A stretch of DNA of 63,733 nt, filler included, from Octopus bimaculoides (Eukaryota): assembly GCF_001194135.2 (NCBI RefSeq). It is 5 parts of 5 records of this genome, joined end to end, with 100 filler letters (N's around TTAATTAATTAA, not from the genome) between each part and the next. Parts side by side here need not be neighbours in the genome. Positions count along the whole stretch, not along the records: positions 1 to 28,752 come from NC_068987.1; 4 more parts are not named here. One strand, written 5' to 3'. A program made the translations under genes and the position numbers. Every line of letters begins with the position of its first letter. Position 1 is the first letter of the stretch. The notes beneath the pieces are model-generated. The model searched no databases. It had not been told where the DNA came from and saw only the letters and a program-made list of their open reading frames with translations. Below, piece after piece: positions 1-11,235 of this stretch.

Positions 1-61
<61 letters not shown>

Positions 62-313
62 TGAAAGAAAGAACGATAGAGAGAGGGACAGAGAGTGTGG
101 GAGAGAGAAAGAAAGAAAGAGGGAGACAGAAACAAAGAGAGAGAGGAAGAGAGAGAAAAAGAAAGAAAGAAAGAAAGAGAGAGAAAAAGGTAGAGAGAGT
201 AAGAGAGAATGAGAGACCCCCAGGACTTATTCTTTGTAAGGCTAGTACTTATCCTATCGGTCTCTTTTTCCGAACCGCTAAGTTACGGGGACATAAACTC
301 CAACTTCAATATT

Positions 314-379
<66 letters not shown>
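1..379. repeat. (GA)n microsatellites (1-58, ~317-379) with purine-rich low complexity
   Basis: Direct reading of the sequence. Confidence 0.95.
214..300 (-). mobile_element. SINE family A, fragment of the 3' module
   Basis: Reverse complement matches the module TTTATGTCCCCGTAACTTAGCGG...AAAGAATAAGTCCTGGGG seen in the full copy at 26370-26770. Confidence 0.8.
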
Positions 380-383
<4 letters not shown>

Positions 384-1413
384 CTAGTTCATTTGCTGTT
401 ATTCCTATTCTCTTTGATAGACTTTCTGACATTATTGATCCTGTTTTGATGGCTAAACTGCAACCCCGCATTTATTTCATCTCTTTTCTATAAATACTTC
501 TTTAATCGTTGTTCTGTCGAACTTTCTTCTCTTATCCATCATTTTAAAATTACTAATCTACTCATCCGTTTTCCTCATCCTTTCCCTCTCCTGTAAGAAA
601 TAGTTCTACTCCAGTCCAGTAGTTCCTTTCTTTGAACACCTGTCATATAAATTCTCTTCCTTCTTGTTTCAGGGGGCGCTGCAAACTTCCTGATAGTTAC
701 GTCCCTGTATGCTCTGAGTTTACACCATGTAGAGTTCATTTTGGTTCAGTGCTTCTACAAAGTCGATAAAATAAACAAGTCAAAAAGTGGATTCCATTTA
801 ATATTCCTGTAACGCAGTCCATCGTACAATATTGTCAATTCTACATGTGATCTCTACCTTGAAGAAATGTATTACATAATTCTAAATTAATCTTATTAAA
901 TTTTAATGGATATTTTACAATGAAATGTCGTCACAAATTTCGGAAGGCATTTAAGTATTTCAATTCTTAATTATAATTGCTTTTCGTATATTATACAATA
1001 AGCATAATTTTTCAGAAAAAGTTTACTTGTCGTGATATAGAATCTCTATATTTCTAACAGTCGAAACATAGAATTCTTATGTTTAATTTTTATTCTTTCG
1101 CTATCCACTGACGTCACCAAGAGTTGAATACAAAAATAGCTTTTCTTAAATTATATTTCTTCTTAACGTTCTTTTTGTATGCTGGAAATATTACCTTAGT
1201 TCATTTTGGATTTAACTAATTTTGGACCACCTTGAAAACGTTCTGTTAACATGTATTTTCGGATACATTAATTTCAATGATATTTTCCTTATCTAAATAC
1301 GTTGATACAACAGAGACAATTATCGACTTTGTATGGTGAACACTATAATTAAAGATGTGATTTTCTCTGTCCGTATTTTTGCTATAAGTGACCCGAATAA
1401 TAATTATAATAAT

Positions 1414-1469
1414 AACATCGAAAAATGCGTTAGGAATGAGAACCCAGGTTCGAAATTTCCCCAAGACAC
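1414..1469 (+). mobile_element. Truncated copy of the short hammerhead-bearing repeat (family of 33542-33720)
   Basis: ACATCGAAAAATGCGTTAGGAATGAGAACCCAGGTTCGAAATTTCCCCAAGACAC follows short (TAA)n. The gap starts exactly where the CTGATGA core would begin. Confidence 0.85.
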
Positions 1470-1569
1470 NNNNNNNNNNNNNNNNNNNNNNNNNNNNNNN
1501 NNNNNNNNNNNNNNNNNNNNNNNNNNNNNNNNNNNNNNNNNNNNNNNNNNNNNNNNNNNNNNNNNNNNN

Positions 1570-1607
<38 letters not shown>

Positions 1608-2276
1608 CGTCTGTGAGCTAAGGATTTAAAATTTGCTTAATATTGAACTTCCGAGAAACCGCTGCTGCAGCAGTTCTTTATAAACATGTCTGTCTGTCTG
1701 TCTGTCTGTCCGTCCGTCCGTCCGTCCGAGAAACCGCTGCTGCAGCAGTTCTTTATAAACATGTTTATACATGAAATAAAAGTATAACAAAAAATTTTTT
1801 TTTATCTTAAAAACGTCAACGGACATGGCCACATAGTTAAGAAATTCACTTTGCAGTCGTCTCATGTTCAATCCCACCATACAATACCCTGGGCAATTAT
1901 CTTCTGTACCATTGTTTTGAGTTAAGCAGTATGTGGGAGAATTTGATAGAGGAAAACTGCAAACTATACAGATGTCCGTTTAGCTACATAACTAGCAAGC
2001 TAGCTACCTACTTACAAACCTACATCAATTGGAAGTGTCCTGCTATGTACAACTACATTCACATATAAATGCATATGCAACTATACACACTGTTGGATGG
2101 GCCTGGAGTCAAATCCGGCCATTGATAGGTTTTGCTTTTTCGTCTCACAAAGTGTATAAAAATCCCCGTTCTCACCAAACCAGTTTGGTGGAGTTGTTGG
2201 TTTGGTCGGCGATGGCCATTTGGCGCTGGTTTACAAATGGCCTATTTCCGGTCTTTATATATTGGTTGTTAACGCC

Positions 2277-2420
2277 CGTGGTCTAGTGATTAGAGTTTCG
2301 GGTTGACGATCGATAGGATATGGGTTCGATTCCCAGACCGGGCGGTGCGTTAAGTCCTTAAGCAAGGTACTTCAGTTTACGTTGCTCTATTATACTCATC
2401 AGAAAATGAGTCCCAGGGGC
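2277..2420 (+). mobile_element. tRNA-derived SINE family C (CORE-like central part)
   Basis: A-box-like GTGGTCTAGTG, B-box GGTTCGATTCCC, then TCCTTAAGCAAGGTACTTCAG. Related copies lie at 16743-16853 and 45870-46018. Confidence 0.7.
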
Positions 2421-3004
2421 ACCTGGTGCTTAATTTTGTGATAGACTGTGCTACCCCGTCTCCGTTCAAGCGGCGAGTCTTGTACTGTCACCCTCAAACG
2501 CCTTGAAAAATGCTCGGATACAAGTCTTTCTTAACATAGTCTTTCACTGGTTTCAGTTCTTGAGCTGCGGCCATACTGGAGCTCTGCATTTAGGGATTTA
2601 GCTGATCATATCAACCTCTATATTTATTCCAGTCTGGTACATATTTCTATATTAATTTCTATTTGACCAGCAGCTATGTTACAGGACAAATACAACATCC
2701 TTTATGTGCTGTAACTTAACGGTCGACAAACGTTAGATTTCAGCCATTCTACCGCCGTTACCAAACATCGTTAACACTATACTTCTATACAAGATGCTTT
2801 CTTGAGACGAACATAACAGTTTTCTGGCTTTCTACACTATATCCACATTAAGTAAGACTTACACGATTCTAATTACAATACAAATTTTGCTTTTTTTTTT
2901 AGTAAAACGATATCGCGTTTTGAGTGTTCCGGTTCATTGCGGTTCATTGCTTGGATTTTCATGTCCCATAAACTCTTTGATCGGTTTCAAAATCATTCAT
3001 TGTT

Positions 3005-3209
3005 CTATACTCTTTTACTCTTTTACTTCTTTCAGTCATTTGACTGTGGCCATGCTGGAGCACCGCCTTTAGTCGAGCAAATCGAACCCAGGACTTATTC
3101 TATGTAAGCCTAGTACTTATTCTATCGGTTCTCTTTTGCCGAACCGCTAAGTTACGGAGACGTAAACACACCAGTATCGGTTGTCAAGCGATGTTGGGGG
3201 GACAAACAC
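3005..3209 (-). mobile_element. SINE family A, 3' module
   Basis: Matches the reverse complement of ~26570-26770. Confidence 0.9.
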
Positions 3210-3219
3210 ATTGTAGCAA

Positions 3220-3600
3220 TATATATTAATGATATTGAAAAGAAGAAAATTGAGAAATATAGATGTATAAATAATTTATTTGTATGATATAAAGATGTTG
3301 AAATTTTTTATATAATAACAAAACAAATAAATTATAAGTTGTAAGCTCTAAAAGAAATTGCAGATGCGAAAAACCGACGTATATGTTTCGGTTCAAGCCC
3401 CTAGCTGATACGTAATTCTAAGCATTTGGTTATATGCTAAGAATTGGTATCATTTTCAACTATATGGGGCAGGACCTCGTCAGGGTTTCCTGAGCTTATA
3501 GAAGAAAGGTTAATGTATTCCTTTAAAGGATGCATACAAAATAGCAATAAGTTTAAGAAGTTAGATCCTATATATAATGTTAATGTGTCTAGCTAGTGAG
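3220..3600 (-). mobile_element. AT-rich repeat carrying a hammerhead motif; probably a Penelope-like terminal repeat
   Basis: Alignable by eye to ~59690-60030 and contains the hammerhead at 3371-3488. The Penelope assignment is inferred from the known PLE-hammerhead association. Confidence 0.55.
3371..3488 (-). ncRNA. Type I hammerhead ribozyme motif with an extended (~87 nt) stem II
   Basis: Minus strand reads AAACC-CTGACGA-[GGT...ACC long hairpin]-GAAAC-ATATAC-GTC^GGTTT, with a 5-bp stem I, a complete catalytic core and a GUC cleavage triplet. Confidence 0.75.
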
Positions 3601-4069
3601 TTATAGATATTAGTAAAGATACGATAAAGTAAATAAAAATAACATAAAAATAAGGGCAAAGAAAGAAGATAAGAAGGATAAAAACGAAAGAATAATATAA
3701 ATATATGTAAAATATATATAGTAAAAAGAAAAGAATAATACTTAGATATGCAAGGGAAGAATTATATAATAAAATAAACGAAGGATAAGTTAGATCGTAA
3801 AAAATTATTAGTCAACCGTTATAGATAGATTATTTGCATTGGTTTGGTAATAGATACAGTTCAGGAAAACTAGAGATGAGCAACGCTCGCATTATTGTGT
3901 GTCATTTAAAATCAAGTATTGATAAATGGTTGAAAAATATGTATCTTGTAAGCCTTACCTATAAACCGTTAGTCAGCAATATTTAAAATGTATATATTCA
4001 AATTAACGTGTTTACACATTGGCACATGTATACATACATACATACATACATACACACACACATACATAC

Positions 4070-4125
<56 letters not shown>

Positions 4126-4132
<7 letters not shown>

Positions 4133-4328
4133 TCCCTCCAGCATCGCTTGACAACCGATGCTGGTGTGTTTGCGTCCCCGTAACTTAGCAGTTTGGCAAA
4201 ACAGGCCGATAGAATAAGTACTAGGCTTACAAAGAATAAGCTCTGGGGTCGATTTGCTCGACTATAAAGGCGGTGCTCAAGCATGGCCGCAGTCAAATGA
4301 CCCAAACAAGTAAAAGAGTAAAAGAGAG
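4126..4328 (+). mobile_element. SINE family A, 3' module following a (CA)/(TG)n microsatellite
   Basis: GTGTTTGTCCCTCC...GTAAAAGAGTAAAAGAG matches the 26370 copy. Confidence 0.9.
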
Positions 4329-4699
4329 AGTGTATAAATAAATATAAGCAATTTATTTCACATAAATTTTAACAGTAAACTCTTATATGGGCGCCGAAGG
4401 GTCATATGGACCTCCAGTTAAGAACCACTGGTCTACATAGCGATCAATCAACGTTTGTGATTGGCAGGATATTCCAGTGTGTGCTATCGAAGAGCACACG
4501 TATCGTAGCAGCACAATGAGTTCTATCAAGGAGAGACACTTTCTCTAGTATCGTAAAATTCATAGTTCTACTGAGTGTAGAAAGCCGTTTGGCAATATTT
4601 TCAGACATTCCACTAAGTGATCTTTGGCAATCCTTCGATACTAGTCCATTACAACTTCCGGTCGTTGCGCGCACGCATACTGATTACATGATCGTATAG

Positions 4700-4830
4700 T
4701 GCGTTAGCATTCCGGCCGAAATGCTTAGCGGTATTTCGTCTGTCTTTACGTTCTGAGTTCAAATTCCGCCGAGGTCGACTTTGCCTTTCATCCTTTCGGG
4801 GTCGATTAAATAAGTACCAGTTATGCACTG
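4700..4830 (+). mobile_element. tRNA-derived SINE family B
   Basis: B-box GAGTTCAAATTCC, then GCCTTTCATCCTTTCGGGGTCGAT-AAATAAGTACCAG. This central motif resembles, from memory, the Meta-type SINE domain. There are at least six copies in the window. Confidence 0.85.
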
Positions 4831-4986
4831 GAGATGTACTACAGTGTCAGCTGTTCACTACCAGTGAAATAAGGTAACACCCCTTATTTTTCGAGCACCA
4901 TCCGGAGTATTCGAGCGGTTCCAAGCAGTGCTGTTTTCTGCAAGTACTCCACCCTTATTGCAGCCCCTATTTGTTCCACGTACTTC
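4825..4986 (-). mobile_element. R4/Dong-like retrotransposon 3' end (C-terminus plus 3'UTR)
   Basis: Minus translation ...KYVEQIGAAIRVEYLQKTALLGTARILRMVLEK*. (TTA)n follows at 4987-5030, and a near-identical copy lies at 25529-25712. Confidence 0.8.
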
Positions 4987-5031
<45 letters not shown>

Positions 5032-5655
5032 AGGCGGTGAGCNNNNNNNNNNNNNNNNNNNNNNNNNNNNNNNNNNNNNNNNNNNNNNNNNNNNNNNNNN
5101 NNNNNNNNNNNNNNNNNNNNNNNNNNNNNNNNNNNNNNNNNNNNNNNNNNNNNNNNNNNNNNNNNNNNNNNNNNNNNNNNNNNNNNNNNNNNNNNNNNNN
5201 NNNNNNNNNNNNNNNNNNNNNNNNNNNNNNNNNNNNNNNNNNNNNNNNNNNNNNNNNNNNNNNNNNNNNNNNNNNNNNNNNNNNNNNNNNNNNNNNNNNN
5301 NNNNNNNNNNNNNNNNNNNNNNNNNNNNNNNNNNNNNNNNNNNNNNNNNNNNNNNNNNNNNNNNNNNNNNNNNNNNNNNNNNNNNNNNNNNNNNNNNNNN
5401 NNNNNNNNNNNNNNNNNNNNNNNNNNNNNNNNNNNNNNNNNNNNNNNNNNNNNNNNNNNNNNNNNNNNNNNNNNNNNNNNNNNNNNNNNNNNNNNNNNNN
5501 NNNNNNNNNNNNNNNNNNNNNNNNNNNNNNNNNNNNNNNNNNNNNNNNNNNNNNNNNNNNNNNNNNNNNNNNNNNNNNNNNNNNNNNNNNNNNNNNNNNN
5601 NNNNNNNNNNNNTGTGTTCTCTTTAAGTTGAAAGAAACAGAAACACACACACACA

Positions 5656-5699
<44 letters not shown>

Positions 5700-6064
5700 T
5701 ATATTCACTCATACAACCTCAAAAAATAACTACATATCTTTCAAAACTTGTTAGTTACGATGGTAACAACACTACGTATCTATCATCCACACACGCATAA
5801 ACACACTGACTGTCTATCTGTCTGTCTCTCCTCACGCGCGCATACACACACACACACACACACACTATTTCTCTCTCTCACACGCACACATTTATTTCTC
5901 TCTCAACAACTTTTTCTCCCCACCGCCACTTCTAAAAATACATTGTCACGTATATTTTGATTCCTCCTCTTCTTTAAGTCCATCGCATAAATGTTTTGAA
6001 CGGACAAACACGGAGATCCGCTTGTCTTTTATCATTATTATTATTGTTGTTGTTGTTGTTGTTG

Positions 6065-6121
<57 letters not shown>

Positions 6122-6559
6122 GTAACTCTCGAAGCACCAAGACGTCGTTTTTTCCTCTTTCTTCGATTACGATTTATTCAAGCATTTACCAAATGATATT
6201 TTCTTTGGGGTACTTGGAAAAGCCTACCCTCAGTACCCGGAGGCTGACAAAAAAGAAAGCAAAATGTTCAAATTCCTGAAATTCATTTAGTTACATACAC
6301 TAAACTTTTGCATGCAAAATGGCTATCAAGCATACACATGTCACGTGATTGATCCTACAACAGCAAACAGAGAGGAAACAACACTCTACATGCTCAAAAA
6401 AACTAGTTCAATGGAGACTTAATAGATAAAAATACAATTATTTCAGATGTTCATACAAGTAGTTTCGAAAATGACAATAAAAGTAGAAAAACGATAGGAG
6501 TGCCGTCTCTTTTGCAAAACACTATTCGTTCATAAAGTAGCGGGTCAAGTGAATCTTTC

Positions 6560-7330
6560 CTGATCACAAAAGGAACAAACAGAACTTGTAAATATATAAC
6601 ATTACCGAGGAGGAGTGGGAGGGCAAAAAGAAAATCGTTGTTGGGAGAACTTAGTAAAACCACAGGAGCTGATCGAGAAAAGAGCAAAGAGAATAATTAT
6701 GCACCCCTGTTTGTGAAAGGGCGGAAATAGATTAAATATTAAATCAGGCCTTAAGACAAAGAAGCTTTTCAGGACATATCGGGAGAAATCATTTCAACTT
6801 GAAAAAGGAAAAGCTATTGTACTATTTGCTGTACTTTTAAACGTCAAGACCCCACCAAAAAGACATAGGCTGAAACTGTCAAACCCATCACCGTCTATAC
6901 ATTTGTTCCCTAGTACATGAGTCAAAGAAGAACAAGAGTAACGATAAAAGATATTGAAAACAAAGCAGGTCTGTGTCTAGTCGTCATTTTGTATTGTAGT
7001 ATGTGGGAGTGGTGGAAGGTGATATATTGTTAAAGAGGTTCAAATGGATTTTCAAGTCTTAATAACCCCGGCAAGCCAGGAAGCCATACCGGAACTGTGC
7101 CCAGTTATTAGGTAATGCGACAAAGGGTCTGGGATTGATAATAGGGTGAGAAAAGTCTAGTTGTTACATTTGTCGTAGTAAGAGCCATCTATATGCTGGA
7201 TGTGAAAGATGAACAATGCATGAAGTTTTAAGGAAATATTTATTTACCGATACATCACAATACCTTGCCTTGACGGGCAGGTTATGATAGATCTAAAAGC
7301 ATGCGAAGTAAAGTTTGTGTTTGTGTCCTC
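6560..7330 (+). mobile_element. Degenerate L1/Tx1-type ORF1 remnant
   Basis: Frameshifted peptides (ELIEKRAKRIIMHP, HLFP-YMSQRRTRVTIKDIE) resemble the ORF1-like region at 50448-51120. Confidence 0.4.
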
Positions 7331-7999
7331 TTCGTTGTTTAGTAGTAATTACAGAGAGAGAGATAGAATGATGTTGTAAGAGAATAGAATTAGAGCTAGT
7401 GAGAGTTGTAGGGTGTGGGACGTTGTCTCACAGTTGCTGGCAGTAAACTTCATTTCTCCCTCTGGCCAAGGTTCTAGCTGGTCAGCCAGACTTCGTTGTC
7501 ACTGAGTCGTCACCATGTGATTGGACTCGTTGAGTCGTCACTGACTGGTGACTAACTGATTTTTGCTTGGGGGTTTTCTTGCTTTTATAACTATCTAGAA
7601 GAATAGACATATCATTGAGAACAATAGATTTAGTTGGTGGTCTTGTTATCTCTATTCTAGCTTTTGGTAGAGTAGAAGAGGTTAGAAAGGGTCAAGTGGT
7701 GAAGACATTATTTGAGACATAAAAAGTATACCCCTTCGTCAGTTCGTTTTCTATGTCTTCGTTTTTATGTTTCAAGAATCTTCCTTAGAATTCGTACAGA
7801 ATATAGTATGATACTTTTCGACAATGGGAATTTCAATTCCAATCTCTTTCAGTCTTTTAGGCAGCATTTTGGGTGCTGTGCCAATGCACTGATTACTACG
7901 GATAATTACTTTGTGGTCTTTCACAATTTCCGCAGCTCTCTGACTAGATCCTGATATTTCTCAATTAAAAAAATATCTTTGGTATCGATTCTGGTATCA

Positions 8000-9462
8000 A
8001 AAGGAATTTCAAAATCTATTTTCTGTTTCTCGTTTCAAGTTACTGTCCGTTAACCAAAGTCGGCACTCTTTGTTCCTTTCCTTTTTGAATTCTCCTACCG
8101 CTTCGGCCACCTTTGAGTGTCTCATGCTGCCGATAGCATTCTGCACAGATTAATTTTTCAGATTCAGTATCGTAGTATTAACCGTATCTTCTGCGTTTAG
8201 TAATCTTCTGCCACCTCCCTTCGTTAGTAGGTAGAGTCGGTCAGTATTGCTTTTAGGGTGGAGTGCGTTGTGCATTGTGAGCGGCTTTGTAGTACTGCCC
8301 AAGATCTGCAGCTCGGACTTCGTTCATTTCAGAAAGGGAACAGAATATCTCAATATCAGCACAATAATGTTCCCTCCATATAATTCTCCTCTTGTACTCT
8401 TTAGTGTCTTTCTCTTTTATTTCTCCTTCTATCATTGTCTTACAGCACTCCTAGATATTTGTATTGCAGTGGAAATGGTACACCCTTTTCACGGGACAGG
8501 CGATATGATAAAGCCACTATAGATTGACACAACGTCAACCAGTACAGGAAGTCGTGTGTCAGTCGTTGTAGAGTCGTTGTACGAGTTCTCAGTTGGAGTT
8601 AAGTGTCAGTTACATGTTATAGTCGAGTTCGAGTTACAGTCAAGATTGACGGTTCAAAGACGCTGTCTTGCAGAGCTATCAGCGATAACACGACAGACGA
8701 AGCGGTGGTTTAGTAGAAGAGATGCACTGTATCTGATACGAAGAAAATATCGCGGCTACTAGAGTAGATACAACAGCTACAGTCACAACATTGGCTACAC
8801 ACTATAGCTGGAAAACACCACATCATAACAATTTGTATGCCTCATTATTCCACAGAGGCCAAATGATGTTGTCTTGTGGTAATTTTATGCCATCAAAGTT
8901 TACCTCCCGACCTCTCTTCATAATTAGTACTAAGCACTTATTTGCCCCAATTTAAGTTCCAATATCTTTGTTGAATACTCTCACTGTTTGGATCAAGGAG
9001 TTATGTCTGTCTCCTTTTTTGTACCCAGCTTGATGTCATCCATACAATGTAGGTGATTTAGTCTCATCCTGGATTCGGTAAACTCTATAGAATTCTCTCG
9101 ATATACTTGTCAGAGAGGAATTAGCACAAGGACGAAGAGTAATGGAGAGAGAGAGCGAGTTTCCCTGCGAAATGCCTCTTCGTGTTTCCACGTTGCCACG
9201 TGATTCACTTGCATACGTCAGCACTACATCCCACACTCTCATTGCTTTCTCCAAAAAGTTATCTCCTCAGACACTTCAACAGCCAGCTGTGCGGTACATT
9301 GCCATGAGGCCTTTCTCTTATCTCTACACCCAACAGCAAAACTCTTCTTCCTTATAACGAATATTCTAGTAAAAGCAGATCAACAGTTCCCTTCGGTTTT
9401 TTTTTCTCACATCCTTTTTCGTTCTTCTGGGAAAAGTATATACTTCATCTGCTATGAGGCCA
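8000..9462 (-). mobile_element. R4/Dong-like reverse transcriptase remnant interrupted by an insertion
   Basis: Minus-strand motifs: FPEE-KGC-like, VPHSWLLKCL, RRGISQGNSLS, EAYKYLGVL (split by the insert) and KSNTDRLYLLTKGGGR. Many frameshifts. Confidence 0.85.
8465..8830. mobile_element. 366-bp TG...CA insertion (solo-LTR-like) with an 8-bp flanking direct repeat
   Basis: ATTTGTAT occurs at 8457-8464 and 8831-8838. Removing the insert restores GAGGCATACAAATATCTAGGA (EAYKYLG) on the minus strand. Confidence 0.7.
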
Positions 9463-9477
9463 CTTAATAGTTTCTAG

Positions 9478-9614
9478 ACAATAATAACAATAATAATAAT
9501 AATAATAATAATAATTCTTTTATTAGCCACAAGGGCTCACACACAATAACATTAAATGACATTACACAGACATAAAGGACAACACAAGACGAGACAACAA
9601 CATAAATAATAATG

Positions 9615-9654
<40 letters not shown>

Positions 9655-9656
9655 TG

Positions 9657-9735
<79 letters not shown>

Positions 9736-9740
9736 TGATG

Positions 9741-9819
<79 letters not shown>

Positions 9820-9870
9820 TGATGATGATGATCATGATGATGATGATGATGATAATGATGATGATGATGA
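9478..9870. repeat. (TAA)n/(TGA)n microsatellite array with a short embedded unique segment
   Basis: Direct reading of the sequence. Confidence 0.95.
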
Positions 9871-10539
9871 TAAAAACAGCGTCAAATGCAGAATGTGTGG
9901 TGAGAGGGATGAAACAGTATAGTATATCGTTAGCAAGTGCCCGAAATTGGCACAGCGTAAATATAAAAGACGCCATGACAATGTAGCAAGAATGATCCAT
10001 TGGGAGTTCTCTGTGGAAATCACAGCCCACAAAGAGCAAAGACGTGGTATGAGTAAACTTCAGAAGAGGTCACCGAGAATGAGAATTGCAAAATTCTGTG
10101 GGATGCAATGACCCAGTGCGACCACCTGGTCAGACATCGGAAACCGGACATTGTTGTGGTGATTAAAAACAAAAAAGAAAGAACATGTATGATAATCGAC
10201 ATAGTATATCCCAGTGACAACAGGATCAATGTGAAAGAAGAGAGAAAAAATAAACAGCTGGGGAATACGAAAGCTGTGGTGAATGAGGAGAGTAGAGGAG
10301 ATACCAATAGTAATTGGTGCACTTGGAAATATCAGCACTCAACTACCAACATGGCTGAAAAGGATTGGTACAAGTGTAAAGGTAGAACACCTACAAGAAT
10401 CAGCATTGCTTGGAACTGCAAGAATTACTCGCAGGGTTCTTGAAGCATGACCAGTAAACAAGTGTCACTTTAGTCTGCAGGCTGTGGACAGCTGACACTT
10501 TCCATAATACCCAGCAAAATAAGCAGTGAGTTTTTCATC

Positions 10540-10540
<1 letters not shown>
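9871..10540 (+). mobile_element. 5'-truncated R4/Dong-like element: CCHC knuckle, restriction-like endonuclease and 3'UTR
   Basis: CRMCGERDETV-YIVSKCPKLAQRKYKRRHDNVARMIHW, ILWDAMTQCDHLVRHRKPDIVVV...IIDI...SD, LLGTARITRRVLEA*. (TAA)n lies on both sides. Confidence 0.9.
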
Positions 10541-10656
<116 letters not shown>

Positions 10657-11205
10657 GTGAGTAAGAGAGCAGTGCATGCCATCAAAGTGACACTGGGTTA
10701 AAATATACGAAGTCCAGTATACCCGTCATAACTACCCGTCTGATGAGGATACACCAGGCACATGCACCACAACCATATGTGCGCGACGTGGTGATCTCAT
10801 ATCAAGATAAACAGCGCATGACCTCGCAGGTGGGGCCCAGTTAGAATTTTCGTCAAATCGAATAGCCCATCCCGCTCAAAAAGTAACTGAATAAGTTTGC
10901 TTAAGGATGATGAACGAAACATCCATGTTTCCAGAGGTTAATTATTCAAACCCAAAAGAATCCCCACCTCAACATAGCTTTGATCCCCCCTCCCACTACT
11001 TCTACTCGTGATCAGAGATGCACATATTGTCAGCCACCAAGGGACATGCTCAAATGGTTAAAGTCAAGCAACTGACGAGCAATTCTGTGGTATTGAGCAG
11101 AATATTTTCTGTAGCCCATCTTTTTTACCAAGACAAAACGATATACATGATAACATTTCCAATCAGTTAAGATCAGAAGCCATGAGGGCCACTGGTGGTA
11201 CTGCG
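10657..11205 (-). mobile_element. Element X: ~550-bp non-coding repeat embedded in (TAA)n
   Basis: Related copies lie at 28165-28438, 32300-32525 and 36028-36381. There is no credible ORF, and the 3' end runs ...GCACTGCTCTCT-ACTCAC into (AAT)n. Confidence 0.8.
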
Positions 11206-11235
11206 TTATTATTATTATCATTATTATTATTATTA

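Noticed and set aside
3220-3970. Possible mitochondrial insertion (very AT-rich, strand-biased)
   Set aside because: I could not recognise any mitochondrial rRNA, tRNA or protein motif. A nuclear paralogue and the hammerhead point to a retroelement terminus.
4330-4430. hAT-like end ...TTAAGAACCACTG (and a CAGTGGTTC start at 43990)
   Set aside because: These are single termini with no partner end or TSD nearby, so they cannot be delimited as elements.
11160-11185. ATCAGTTAAGATCAGA in element X resembles part of U2 snRNA
   Set aside because: The match is short and gapped, with no other U2 sequence or structure.
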